A stretch of 64,000 bases of DNA from the human T2T-CHM13v2.0 reference genome, Homo sapiens. Made by a program: the position numbers and the translations under genes. The notes below the pieces were generated by a model. The model was not told the DNA's origin, did not search any database, and was given only the letters and a program-made list of their open reading frames with translations. Every line of letters starts with the position of its first letter. Position 1 is the first letter of the stretch. This document shows positions 1 to 18,685 of this stretch, one piece after another. The stretch lies in the NCBI RefSeq assembly GCF_009914755.1, contig NC_060925.1. One strand, written 5' to 3'.

Positions 1-787
1 ATGTGCAGGTACTGCACTAAGAGCTATGACTCTGCCCAAGGTGACACAGCTGGCAAGTAGCAAAGGGAGCACCCAATCTGTCACCTAATCTCAAGTCTAT
101 CCCATTCAATGACTGCCCCTCAGGCTAAGGTCAGTGTTTTGCCACACAACACCACAGGACAACAGAGCCAAAGAGCCTTTGTGGGATCACATGGTCCATC
201 TCTTTAGTTTGCTCTGCTGCAAGGAAAGTCAGTATTGATTACCCTTCTCAGACTGTCTCAAATGCCTGCTGTCTCTGGGGATGAATCAAAGTAGCTTCCC
301 ACGTCACATTAGTTACAGCACTGTCTATGGTGTGCAGTCCAGAGCTGGGTGCTGGGGACTCATGCCTCCAGTGGGCAGGACAGAAACACCCCAGCAAAAC
401 ACACATGAAATCCTGGGAGATAAACTTTTGCAAAGGAGTAACGGGTTCTAAAGTTTTGAGGATTTTTAGAGTAGCAGGACCAGAAGTCAAACAGTAGGAT
501 TTAGAAGGTCCTACTCCTTGGATAAAGCACTGAGATCTTCAGTTTGACTCTCTTAGGGCACCTCAAGACTCTGGGACCTATTCCTCAAGCACAGCCCTGT
601 GGTCACCTGGTATGCGTCCTGTGCCAGAGGTTTTGGAAACAATGTCTGCCATCCACTCTGACTGGGTGACCCCACTGATGAGCCTGCCACACTGTTGCAT
701 CAGAGAAGGGGCCAGTCACACACCAGGCTGCCCATCTCAAGAATGCCAAAACCTTCATGAATGGGCCATCCTGTGCCTGCAATCACA

Positions 788-880
788 GGGAGGTGGGGCC
801 GACAGCCACGGGTCACGTAACTGAGGCCAAACACAAGAAGCTGGCCTGGATCAATGAGTCAGGGAGAGCTCTATATATAA
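788..880 (+). promoter_or_regulatory. LOR: Loricrin proximal promoter: GC/KLF-Sp box, CRE-like site, AP-1 site, TATA box
   Basis: GGGAGGTGGGGCC at 788-800, TCACGTAA at 813-820, perfect AP-1 TGAGTCA at 855-861 and TATATATAA at 872-880, about 30 nt upstream of exon 1. Loricrin expression is known to depend on AP-1. Confidence 0.9.
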
Positions 881-902
881 CCTCAGGAGATCAGTGCTCC
901 TC

Positions 903-949
903 ACATTGCCAGCATCTTCTCTCCTCACTCACCCTTCCTGGTGCTTTGG
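903..949 (+). other. LOR: Loricrin non-coding exon 1 (start approximate)
   Basis: Inr-like TCACATT about 30 nt after the TATA box; donor TGG|GTAAGT at 950; intron 950-2142 ends CTCCCCTTCCAG. This is the typical two-exon EDC gene layout. Confidence 0.85.
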
Positions 950-2165
950 GTAAGTGTGGTTCTACTGACTCTCTCATTTTCCCAGCTGGTCTTGCCCAGG
1001 CCTGACTAGATTAGATGGACCAGGGCCTCTTTCCCCTTTGGGAGCTATAGGACCTCTGCCTTCCCAAAAGCACTCACATTTAGAGGGCGGTCAGGAAAGG
1101 AGCAGGGGATGAGCTGCTGCCATGCAGATGGTGTTTCTGGTCTTCTGGCCAGAATGTAAACTCCACAAAGACAAGACTATCTCCTGCCTCTCTGGCACCC
1201 GCATAGGGGCAGGCATGGTGCCGGGCACAGAAGGACTCTGCAGAGGCTGTCCAAGGCAGCCTGTGCACAGGCTGAGCAGACCTTGTGAACCTGTCAGGAG
1301 GAGAGGCTGAGCCACTCTCAAGAGAGTAGGGAGAATGATCCAAAAAAGTTGCAGATGGGAGGGATTTCAGGTGCCACAGAAATCCAATTGCTGTTTTACA
1401 GAGTTAGAAGTTCTGAGAGGGAAATACAACTTCCTACTAGTCAAAGTCCCTTCTACCAAACTTGGACTTGAGAAAATCATGGAAGAGATGGCTAATAGCT
1501 TCTGGTCGGGGATGTTGGTCCAAAGGACCACCAGGGTCCTTCCCCTGTTTCCAGGCAGGGCCACAGCAGAGCCTGTCTTTTCTAGTGACTAGCCCTTGGT
1601 TCATGGCCTAGCTCAGTGGGACAGACCAAGAGTTTGAACTAAGAGCTTCTGCAGAGGATGGAGTGCAACAGCCCTCAATAGAATGAAGTCCGACAAACCT
1701 CTCTCTGTTGTGCTGGGAATGGGTAAAATCTCCTATCCTAGGTAGAGGTTTGTGGTAGTTTTCTATTTGCACTCAGAGAATCAGTGTTGAGATTGGAAGA
1801 GGCCTGAAAGATGAAGTGTTCAAACCCTTTCATTTAACAGGAAATGAGAAAGAGGCGGGCGTGTGGGTGATCTGCCCTCAAATCACACAACAGTGGTCAG
1901 AGGCAGAGCTGGGAGAAAGAATGGGCACTGCTAACTGGGCTGTTTAAAGCATAATGAAGGCTTTCTGCAGGGGAATGAGGAACTCAACTTTTCCAAAAGC
2001 AGCAATCATAAGAAACCCCGCTGAGGGCTCTCCGGGCACCTGAAGGAGCCCTGGGAGGATGGCGATGTTGCCTATGGATGCAGCTGCCTCCGTAAGTATC
2101 CTCTTGCAGCTGGTCCAGCGATGCTCTCTTCTCCCCTTCCAGGCTCTCCTTCCTTCTCAGACAAG

Positions 2166-3116
2166 ATGTCTTATCAGAAAAAGCAGCCCACCCCTCAGCC
2201 CCCAGTGGACTGCGTGAAGACCTCTGGCGGCGGTGGCGGTGGCGGCGGCAGCGGCGGTGGTGGCTGCGGCTTCTTCGGCGGCGGCGGCTCAGGGGGCGGT
2301 AGCAGCGGTTCTGGCTGTGGCTACTCCGGCGGCGGTGGCTACTCTGGCGGCGGCTGCGGCGGGGGCTCCTCCGGCGGCGGGGGCGGGGGCGGCATTGGAG
2401 GCTGCGGAGGGGGCTCCGGTGGGAGCGTCAAGTACTCCGGCGGCGGCGGCTCCTCCGGCGGGGGCTCTGGCTGTTTCTCCAGCGGTGGGGGCGGCTCCGG
2501 CTGCTTCTCCTCCGGTGGCGGCGGCTCCTCCGGGGGCGGCTCCGGCTGCTTCTCCAGCGGTGGGGGCGGCTCCTCCGGGGGCGGCTCCGGCTGCTTCTCC
2601 TCCGGCGGCGGCGGCTTCTCGGGCCAGGCGGTCCAGTGCCAGAGCTACGGAGGCGTCTCTAGCGGCGGCTCCTCCGGGGGCGGCTCCGGCTGCTTCTCCA
2701 GCGGCGGGGGCGGCGGCTCTGTCTGCGGCTACTCTGGCGGCGGCTCTGGCGGCGGCTCTGGCTGCGGCGGAGGCTCCTCTGGCGGCAGCGGCTCCGGCTA
2801 CGTCTCCTCGCAGCAGGTCACTCAGACCTCGTGCGCGCCCCAGCCGAGTTACGGAGGGGGGTCGTCCGGCGGCGGCGGCAGCGGCGGAAGCGGCTGCTTC
2901 TCCAGCGGCGGGGGCGGCGGGAGCTCCGGCTGCGGCGGCGGCTCCTCCGGGATTGGCAGCGGCTGCATCATCAGTGGCGGGGGCTCCGTCTGCGGAGGTG
3001 GTTCCTCTGGAGGCGGCGGCGGCGGCTCCTCCGTGGGTGGCTCCGGGAGTGGCAAGGGCGTCCCGATCTGCCACCAGACCCAGCAGAAGCAGGCGCCTAC
3101 CTGGCCGTCCAAATAG
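2166..3116 (+). CDS. LOR: Loricrin, 316 aa Gly/Ser/Cys-rich cornified envelope protein
   Basis: ATG at 2166 (AAGATGT) follows the acceptor at 2141-2142. The protein runs [13 protein letters not shown] ... glycine loops ([14 protein letters not shown] repeats) ... [15 protein letters not shown], with Gln/Lys-rich transglutaminase termini. The ORF-track start at 2121 is intronic. Confidence 0.99.
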   Translation: MSYQKKQPTPQPPVDCVKTSGGGGGGGGSGGGGCGFFGGGGSGGGSSGSGCGYSGGGGYSGGGCGGGSSGGGGGGGIGGCGGGSGGSVKYSGGGGSSGGGSGCFSSGGGGSGCFSSGGGGSSGGGSGCFSSGGGGSSGGGSGCFSSGGGGFSGQAVQCQSYGGVSSGGSSGGGSGCFSSGGGGGSVCGYSGGGSGGGSGCGGGSSGGSGSGYVSSQQVTQTSCAPQPSYGGGSSGGGGSGGSGCFSSGGGGGSSGCGGGSSGIGSGCIISGGGSVCGGGSSGGGGGGSSVGGSGSGKGVPICHQTQQKQAPTWPSK

Positions 3117-3328
3117 ATCCCCCAGGGTACCACGGAGGCGAAGGAGTTGGAGGTGTTTTCCAGGGGCACCGATGGGCTTAGAGCTCTCATGATGCTACCC
3201 GAGGTTTGCAAATCCTTCATGTCTTAACCTACCTGGAAGAAGCCATTGAGCTCTCCGGCTGCATCTAGTTCTGCTGTTTAGCCTCTTTGGTTTCTGTACA
3301 ACTACCTCCCAACCCCAGTGCCTCAGTC

Positions 3329-3334
3329 AATAAA
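3329..3334 (+). terminator. LOR: LOR polyadenylation signal
   Basis: AATAAA 213 nt after the stop codon, with GT/T-rich sequence downstream (about 3370-3390). Confidence 0.85.
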
Positions 3335-4439
3335 TTTGCAAATTCATGAGAATCTTTAGGTCTCCAAGAGTATTTGTAGTGTTCAAGTTCATCCATTCCA
3401 TTCCATTCTTCTCCTTTCCTGCATTCGCTCATTCACACTTACATTCATTTTACAAATGCACGGACTCTATTGGCGGAAAGGTGAGTGGATAGATGGGAGT
3501 CACCAGGAGAGGGAGGAATGGCTGGCAAACGACGGTCAAACATATGAACATTCTAGTGTACGGCTTAAAATCATGACGTGATCCCAAAACACAAAGATCC
3601 TGAGGAGAGACTTCAGTAAACACCTCCCTGTGGATTGAGTAGCTACTGTGGGTCTCCTTACTGAACTCTGTTTTTTAAAGACAGGCTGCCCTGGAAAGAC
3701 GCTGTCTCTCACAGTCCAAAGCCAATTCTGCAAGGTCTGAAAGCTGGGTGGCTGCACATTAGGAGCACCAGCTCATGCTACTCAGACTCACGGAGAAATG
3801 AAAAGCATATCAGATGTTTACGGGCCCCTAGGGTGAGCAAGACCACTTTAGTAGGTACCCGTAGGGAGAGGAGGTAGTAGGGGAGCTGTTTCCTGCTCTC
3901 TCACTCTCTCTCTCGTTTTTTTTTTTTTTTAATTTCAATCAGCTTTCTCGGGTTGAATGTTTCCTGCTCTCTTGAAGGAACTTTACCTAACTTAGGAAGA
4001 TGCAGCATACATATACGAGATGTAAAAGCTTGGCACCAGAAAGAGGTCATGGAAAACACAAGAGCTTCCAATTAACAAGGAAGAAGCGACAGTTGCTCCA
4101 AGGGATGTATTAATTGCAGAGCCCTCAAAAGAGATGTAGAACATCAGCCTGGCCAGGGACTTTCCAGGTTCTGTTTCATATCCTGATTTTACCAGCTCTA
4201 GTTAAATGCCAATTTACTGATTTACTCAAGAAAAACTCCTGCTACGTCAAAAAGCCAAAGTACCCTTCCTACTCAATCACTGCTGGGGGGAAAAAAAGTC
4301 TTCCTCCTCAACTCTTCCATTTAGGATCACTACCATGCATCATTTTACATCGGTAATTCATGGAGATCAGAATAAATAGCAGTCTTAAAGATCCAGGAGC
4401 CCAACCACTGCATTACTTTCATGTTTTTTAACAAATGAA

Positions 4440-6950
<2,511 letters not shown>

Positions 6951-7985
6951 AGTGTACATTTTTATTATAGTATAGCATACATATATACAAGGGCACAAAT
7001 TATAAGTGACAGCTCAGTTAACTTTTACCAAGTGAACTCATCCCAATAACTGAACCTCAGAAGCTTTCTTTATTCCCTTCCCAGTCATTAGCTCCCTTGA
7101 AGATACCATTAGATTAATTATGCTAGGTTTTGAAGGTTATATAAATATAACCTTACATGTGTCATTTTTAGAATTTATTTTTAATTAAAAGATAAAAATT
7201 ATATATATTTTTGTGTAAAACGTGTTTTAAAATGTATACATTGTGGAATGGCTAAATAGAACTAATTAACATATGAATTACCTCACGCACTTATAATTTT
7301 TTATGGTGAGAACACCTAAAATCTACTCTCTCAGCAATTTTCAAGAATACAATTCATTGTCTTTAACCATAATCACTACATTGTAAAATAGGTTTCTTGA
7401 ACTTATTCTGCCTATCTAACTGAAATTTTGTGTCCTTTGACCAGCATCTCCCCAGTGCTTCCCTTCCCCACCTCCAGCTCCTGGTAACCACCATTCTACT
7501 CTCTTTTCCTATGAGTTCAACTTTTTTAGATTCCATATCCAAGTGAGATCATGTGGTATTTGTCTTTCCATACCTGGCTTATTTCCCTTAACATAATATC
7601 CTCCAGCTGCATTTGTGTTGTCCCAAATAACAGGATTTTCTTCTTTTTAAGGTATTTTCTTTACTCATTCATCTCTTCATATACACTAGGTTGCTCACAT
7701 ATATTGGCTATTCTGAATAGTGCTTCAGTGAACATTAAGAGTGCAGATACCTCCTCAACATACTGATTTATTTTCTTTGGATATATACCCAGTAATAGGA
7801 TACCTGGACCATATGGTACTTGTATTTCTAACTTTTTGAGGAATGTCTATAGTGTTTTCCATATGCTATGCTGTGTTAATGTATACTCTCATCAACAATG
7901 TGCAGGGATTCCCTTTTTTCCACATCCTCTCCAACACTTGTTGTGTCTCATCATTTTTTGATAACTGTTCTAATAGGTGTGAGGT

Positions 7986-8386
7986 TGCTATGCTTTGAAT
8001 ATGTCCCCTCCAAAATTCTGGTGTTGAAACTTAATGGCAAATGTGATAGTACTAAGTGGTAGGGACTCTAAGAAGTGATTAGGCCATGAGGGCTCCTCCC
8101 TGGAATGGGATTAAGGCACTTATAAAAAGGCTTTCCACAGCATTCTCCACACTTACCCTTCCACCTTCCACCATTTTACCCCTCCAGAGAATACAGCAAC
8201 AGAAACTATCTTAGAAGCAGGGAGCAGCCCTCACCAAATAATCAAACCTGTTGGTGCTTTGATCTTGGCCTCAAAACTACGATAAATAAATTCCCAGCCT
8301 CAAAAACTATGAGAAATAAATTTGTGTTCTTGATAAATTACTCAGTTTCAGGTATTTTGTTATAACAGCACAAATGAACTAAGACA
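7986..8386 (+). mobile_element. MaLR solo LTR (MST family)
   Basis: Starts TGCTATGCTTTGAATATGTCCCCTCCAAAATT and ends AACTAAGACA; 5-bp TSD GAGGT/GAGCT. Confidence 0.85.
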
Positions 8387-9348
8387 GAGCTGATGTGTCA
8401 TTGTTACTTAAATTTGCATTTCTCTGATGATTAATGATTTTGAACATTTTTGTATACCCGTTGATCATTTGTATGTCTTCTTTTGAGAAATTTATATTCA
8501 AATCCTTTGCCCATTTTTTAATTGGGTTTTTTTAATTACTATTGGGTTGTTTGAATTCCTTATACATTTTGGATATTAACCACTTACCAGATGTATGGTT
8601 TGAAAATATTTTCTCCATTCTTTAGGTTGTCTCTTCACTCTGTTGATTGTTGCCTTGGCTCTACAGAAGCTTTTTGGTTTGATATAAGCCCATTTGTCTA
8701 TTTTGCTTTTGTTGTCTGTGCTTTGGGGTTCAACATCCAAAAAATCATTGCCTAGACCAGTGTCATGGAGCTTTTCTTCTGTTTTCTTCCAGTAGTTTTA
8801 CAGTTTCATGCCTTACATTTAAGTCTTTCATCAATTTTGAGTTGATTTTTGCATATGATGTAAGATAGGGGTCTAATTTCCTTCTTCCACATGTGGATAT
8901 CCAGCTGTGCCAACAATTATAGAAGAGACTGTCCTTTCCCCATTGCACGTTCTCAGCAATTTGTCAAAAACTGATTGACTGTAAATGTGTGGATTTATTC
9001 TCTTTCCTTAATCTATGTGTTTTTTCAATTTTGATGCCTTTTATTTCTTTCTCTTGCATAATTGCACTGGCCAAGACATCTAGTACTATGTTGAATAGAA
9101 GTGGCAAAAGTGAGCATCCTTGTCAGAGGCAAAGCTGGTAACTTTTCGCCATTGAGTGTAATGTTAGCTGTGGGTTTGTCATCAATAACCTTTATTGTGC
9201 TGAGGTACATTCCTTCTATATCTGATCTTCTGAGAGTTTTTATCAGAAAATATGTTGAATTTCATCAAATGTTTTTTCTACATCTATTGGGAGTGATTCA
9301 TATGGTTTTTGTCCTTCATTCTGTTCATGTGGTGCATCACATTTATAG

Positions 9349-9756
<408 letters not shown>

Positions 9757-12111
9757 CTTTTTAACTCAGTGTACTAATAACTTTGTTGAAGATTTTTACA
9801 TCTGTGTTCATCAGGGACATTGGGTTCTAATTTTCTTTTCTTGTAGTGTTCTATCTGACTTTGATTTCAGGGTAATTCTAGCCTCATAAAATGAGTTTGA
9901 AAGTATTCCCTTGTCTTTCATTTTTGGAAGAGCTTGGAAAGGATTGATATTAGTTCTTTAAATGTTTGGTAGAATTGAGCAGTGAAGCCATTGGATCCTG
10001 GGATTTTCTTTGATGGAAGACTTTTTATAACTAATTTAATCTCCCTACTAGTTATTGATCTGTTCAGATTTTATATTTCTTTGGGATTCAGTTCGATAGC
10101 TTGAATATTTCTAGGAATTTGTTCATTTCTTCCAGGCTATCCAATTTATTGGTATGTAATAATTATTCATAGTAGTCTCTTACGATCCTTTGTATTTCTC
10201 TTGTATCAGTTGTAATGTCTCCTCTTTCATTTCTGATTCTATTTATTTGAGTATTCTCTTTTTTTCCTAAGTAGTCCAGCTAAAGGTTTGTTGATTTTAT
10301 CTTTTCAAAAAACCAACTCAAGGTTTGTTGATCTTTTCCACTGTTTCTTTTTCCTCTACTGCATTTATTTCTGCTATTATCTTTATTATTTCCATTCTTC
10401 TGCTAACTTTGGACTTATTTTATTCTTGTTTTCCTAGTTCCCTGAGATGTTATTTTAAGTTGTTTATTCAGGACCTTTATTCCTTTTTGATGTAGGCATT
10501 TATTGCTGTAAACTTCACTCAGAGATACTTGTGCTGTTCCCTTTATGTCTGGGTATGTTGTGTGTCTATTTTTGCTTGTCTCAAGATATTTTGTAATTTC
10601 CCTTTTAAGTTTTTCATTGACGCATTGATTGTTCAGCAGGGTATTGTATAATTTCCACGTATTTGTAAATTTTCCAAAATTCTTCTTGTTATTGATTCCT
10701 TGTTTCATACCATTAAGGTCAGAAAAGATGCTTGATATGATTTTAATCTTCTTATTTGTTAAGACTTGTCTTGTTGTCTAACATATGATCTATCCTGTAG
10801 AATGTTCTGTGTGTGCTTAAGAAGAATGTGCATTCTTTACCATTTGGTGGAATGTTCTGTATATGTCTGTTAGGTTCGTTCAGTCTAGAATGTAGTTTAA
10901 GTACAATGTTTTCTTATTGATTGTCTGTGTAGATTATCTGTCCATTACTAGAAGTGGGATATTAATCTATCTTTCCTTTCAGGTGTATTAATATTTGCCT
11001 TATATATTTAGGTGCTCCAATGTTGGTTGCATAAACATTTACAATTGTTATATTCTCTTGATTCATTGACTCCTTTGTCATTCTACAATGACCTCCTTTG
11101 CCTTGCTTTACAGTTTTTTACTTAGAGCCTATTTTATCTGATGTAAATATAACTACTCCTGCCATCTTTTGTGTTTCATTTGCATAGAATATTTTTTGTT
11201 ATCCCTTCACTTTCAGTCTATATGTGTTCTTACAGGTGAAATGAGTCTCTTATAGGCAGCAATAGATGGATCTTGATTTTTTAATCCATTCGGTCACTAC
11301 ATGTTTTTTGATTGAGAATTTAATCCATTTACATTCAAGGAAGTATTGATAGGTAAAGACGACTGTCATTTTTTTAATTGTTTTCTGGTTTTATTGTAGA
11401 TCCTTTGTTCTTTTCTTCCTCTCTTACTGTCTTCCTTTGTAATTAAGTGATTTTCTCTAGAGGTTTGCATTGATTTATTACTTTTATCTTTTGTTTATCT
11501 ACTATAGGTTTTTGTTTTGTGGGTTACCATGAGGTTACAAAAACATCTTATAGTTATAACTGGTTATTTTAAACAGATAACAACTATGTTCACATAAAAA
11601 TAACTTTATGCTTTTACTTCACCCCTCCCCCATAAATTTAATATTTTTCATTTTAAATTTTTGATGTCACGATTTACATCTTTTTGTACTGTATATCCCT
11701 TAACAAATTATTGTAGCTATTATTATTTTTAATAGCTTAGTCTTTTAACTTTCATACTAAAGATATAAGGAATTTACACATCACCATTACAGCATTAAAG
11801 CATTTTAAATTTGACTATATAATACTTTTACCCTGTGAGTTTTATATTTTCTATGTTTTTGTGTTGCTAACCAGTGCCCTTTTCTTTCATCTTAAAGAAT
11901 TCCCTTTAGCATTTCTTGTAATATAGGTCTGGTGGTGATGAACTCTCCTGGCTTTTGTTTGTCTGAGAAAGTCTTTATCTATCCTTCATTTCTGAAGGGC
12001 AGATTTGCTGGGTACAGTATTCTACATTGATCGTTTTGTTTTGTTTTGTTTTGTTTTGTTTTGTTTTGTTTTTCCTTCAGCACTGTGAATATATTATCCC
12101 TCTCTCCAGGG

Positions 12112-12195
12112 AGAGAATATATTATCCAGAGAATATATATATCCAGAGAATATATATATCCAGAGAATATATATATCCAGAGAATATATTATCAC
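12112..12195. repeat. 17-bp tandem minisatellite (CCAGAGAATATATATAT)n inside L1
   Basis: CCAGAGAA starts at 12126, 12143, 12160 and 12177 (period 17); flanked by duplicated GAATATATTATCMCTCTCTCCAGG. Confidence 0.9.
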
Positions 12196-13079
12196 TCTCT
12201 CCAGGCCTGTAAGGCCTCTGCAGAGAAATCCACTGTTATCCTTACTGGAGCTCCTTTTATGTTATTTTCTTCTATTCTTTTGCTACTTTCAGGATTCTCT
12301 CTTTGTCCTTGACTGTTGACAGTTTGATTACAATATGCCTTAGTTAGTCTTGTTTGGATTGAATCTGACTGGAGACATCTGACTTTCCTGTACTTGGATA
12401 TTTATATCTCCATCCAAATTTGTAAAGTTTTTTTGCTATTTGTTTAAATAAGCTTTCTATGCACTTTGTCTTTCTCTCTCCTTCACAAACTCTTACAACT
12501 TGAATATTTTTTCTTTAGATACTGCCTCATAAATTCCATACGCTTTCTTCATTCCTTTTCAATCCTTTTTCTCTTTTCACCTCTGAGTAAATATTTTCAA
12601 ATAACCTGTCTTTGAGTTCACAGATTCTTTCTTCTGCTTGATTGACTATGCTGCTGATGCTATTTCATTTTTCATTTAATTCATCATCTTTCTTCAGCTC
12701 CAGAATTTCTGTTTGTTTTTCTTTTTACTTAATTTTAATATCTCTTTTAAATTATTCATTTTTTGATAATGTATAATCTTCCTTGTTTCATCAAATTATT
12801 TCTATTTTCTTGAAGTTTCCTGAGCGTCCTTAAAACAATTATTTTGATTTATTTCTCAGACAGTTTGTATATCTCCATTTCTTTGAGGTCAGCTGGTGGG
12901 TAATAACTATGTTTTTTTGGTGGTGTTATGTCTCCTTGGTTTTTCACATATCTTGTCTTATGTTGATGTCTGTGCATTTGAAAAAGCAGAGACTTGTTCA
13001 AATCTTTGAAGACTGGTTTTACCTGGGAAATCCCTTCAACAGTCAGTCTATCCACAGATTCTGGGCAGGCCATCTGTTA

Positions 13080-14390
13080 TAGTCTAAAGGCCGGCTTGCT
13101 GCTGGAATCCTTGAACAGGTGGCCTGGTGTCTGGGTTCATGGGGTTGGGTCTGTAACTTGGATCCTCTGGAGTGGATTTGTTGATTGGGTCTGTGGTGAT
13201 GGGCCTGGAGCCTGAATCTGTGGGGGCCAGCCTGAGACCTGAGTCCACAGGGGCTGACCTGGCACTGGAATGGGCCTTGAATCTGAATCTCCAAGGGCTG
13301 GCCAAATCTGAGATGGGCCTGGTGCATGGGTCCACTGGGATAGGGCTGTAGCCTGAGTCCCTAGGGGCAAGTCTTGGTCTGGGTCCACAGGGGCTGGCCT
13401 GGAGTGTGGGTCTGCAGAGGTGGTCTTGGAGCCTCAGTTCATGGGATCCAGCCTGACACCAGGATCTACTAAGTGGGCCTGGACCATGGGTCTGCTAGAG
13501 CAGGCCTGGACTTTGAGTCCTCTGGAGCCTGGAACCACAAGGACCAGCCTCGAGCCTGGGGCCAGCCTGGTACTAGGGCCAGCATAGAGCCTGGGTCTGT
13601 GGAGGCAGATCTGGAGCCTAGGATTGTGGGTAATGCCCTGGTGCTTAGAGCCACAGGAACTGGCCTGGAGCCTGGGGACTTAGGGGTCAACCTGGGACCT
13701 AGGTACACAGGGGAAGTCCTGAAGCTTGGGTGTGTTGGGGTCAGTCCACCACTGTGGTCTAGTGGGACATGCCTGTACCATGGTCCTTCTGGAACAAGCC
13801 TGGTCGTTGGTTCTACTGGAGCATAGGGCCATAGGAGCTGGCCTGGAGGGTGAGGCCATGAGGACTGGCCTATCATTGGGCATATCTGGAGCCTGTGTCC
13901 ATGGATGGCCTCCTGGTGTTTGAGGCAAGGAATGCCAACCTGGTGCTGGGGTGGGCCTAAAGCCTGGGGTCACAGGTACTGGCTGAGTGCCAGGTGAGCC
14001 TCGATCCTGTCTGTTATGGCCAGTCTGGAGGCTAGGTCTGCATACGCCAGTCTAATGACTAGGGCTGCAGGGCTGGCCTTACCTAAGGGCAGGCCTGGAG
14101 CTTGATTCTGGGAGGGCTGACTTGGTGCTGGGGTGGGGATCAAAGCCCAGGGATGCTGAGGCCTACCTTGCCCTGGGGTGATATGGAGCCTAGGGCTACT
14201 GGGCTCAGCCTGGCACTGGGGCAAGCCCAAAGACTGTGTTTGCTTGGCAGGCCTGGAGCCTGAATGTGCAGTGTCTTGTCTAGCACTGGGGCAGGCTTCG
14301 AGATTCAGTCCACAATTACCATCCTATAGTCTGGGGCTTGTTTGGTACTGGGTTTTACTGGGGTGGGCCTGGTTTACGGGTCCAAGGAAA
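13080..14390 (-). repeat. Degenerate GC-rich tandem array (unit about GGGTCCACAGGGGCTGGCCTGGAGCCT), probably the 5' repeat region of the L1M element
   Basis: Dozens of GGCCTGGAGCCT and GGGTCCAC variants at about 25-30 nt spacing, contiguous with the L1 ORF1 5' remnant. Confidence 0.7.
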
Positions 14391-14406
14391 CGTCTGGCAC
14401 TCACTT

Positions 14407-14662
14407 TCCTGGAGTGCAGTGGCGCGATCTCGGCTCACTGCAACTTTTGCCTCCCAGATTCAAGCGATTCTTCTGCCTCAGCCTCCTGAGTATCTGGGAT
14501 TACAGGCGCCTGCCACCATGCCCAGCTAATTTTTGTGTTTTTAGTACAGATGGGGTTTCACCATGTTGGCCAGGCCAGTCTCGAACTCCTGACCTCAGGT
14601 TATCCGCCCTCCTTGTCCTCTCAAAGTACTAGGATTACAGGTGTGAGCCACTGCACCCAGCC
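14407..14662 (-). mobile_element. Alu, 3'-truncated (no A tail)
   Basis: Antisense Alu body from CCTGGAGTGCAGTGG to CCCAGCC. Confidence 0.9.
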
Positions 14663-14679
14663 AACATTTTCTTAATAAA

Positions 14680-18132
<3,453 letters not shown>

Positions 18133-18292
18133 AGAGGACAATGGCAGCTAGCAAGGCCTATCTTGACTAATTCAACTTCCAACCAACAGCATAGAGGAAG
18201 ATGTCCAAACTAATATGGGGAAAAAGTTAAAATTTCTACAATAGAGGGAAGTACGGATATATTAATAACCCTATACTAATTGGCATATACAC

Positions 18293-18476
18293 TGCAGTGG
18301 ACTGAATTATGTCCCCCTCAAGATTCATATGTTGACACCCTAACCACCACTTTGATTGTATTTGGAGATGAAGGCTTTGGGAGGTAATTAGGGTTAGATG
18401 AGGTCATGAGGATGGTACCCTGATCTGATGGGATTACTGCTCTGATAAGAAGAAACACCAGAACTTGATCTTGCCT

Positions 18477-18511
<35 letters not shown>

Positions 18512-18685
18512 ACAGTGAGAAGGCAGCCATCTGCAAACCAGAAAGAGAGCCCCTCACCAGAACCCAATCATGCTGGCTCCCTGATCTCGGACTGTCTATC
18601 CTCCAGAACTGTAAGAAAACAGATATCTGCTGTTAGAGCAACCTGTCTATGGTATTTTGTTATGGCAAATGAGCAGACTAATACA
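18293..18685 (+). mobile_element. MaLR LTR (MLT1A-like) containing (CT)n
   Basis: TG...GGACTGAATTATGTCCCCCTCAAGATTCATATGTTGA ... GCAGACTAATACA; (CT)n at about 18477-18508. Confidence 0.85.

Noticed and set aside
2121-2165. ORF-track start giving a 331-aa loricrin
   Set aside because: ATG 2121 lies upstream of the main acceptor at 2141-2142; the recognised N-terminus MSYQKKQP starts at 2166.
2289-3220. Long antisense Ala-rich and Pro-rich ORFs opposite LOR
   Set aside because: Expected by-product of GGC/TCC-rich, stop-poor sequence; no independent promoter or splice evidence.
13043-14489. Many overlapping Pro/Gly-rich ORFs suggesting a new SPRR-like EDC gene
   Set aside because: They derive from a degenerate GC-rich tandem array continuous with the 5' end of an old L1; frames are inconsistent and lack Gln/Lys/Cys EDC termini.
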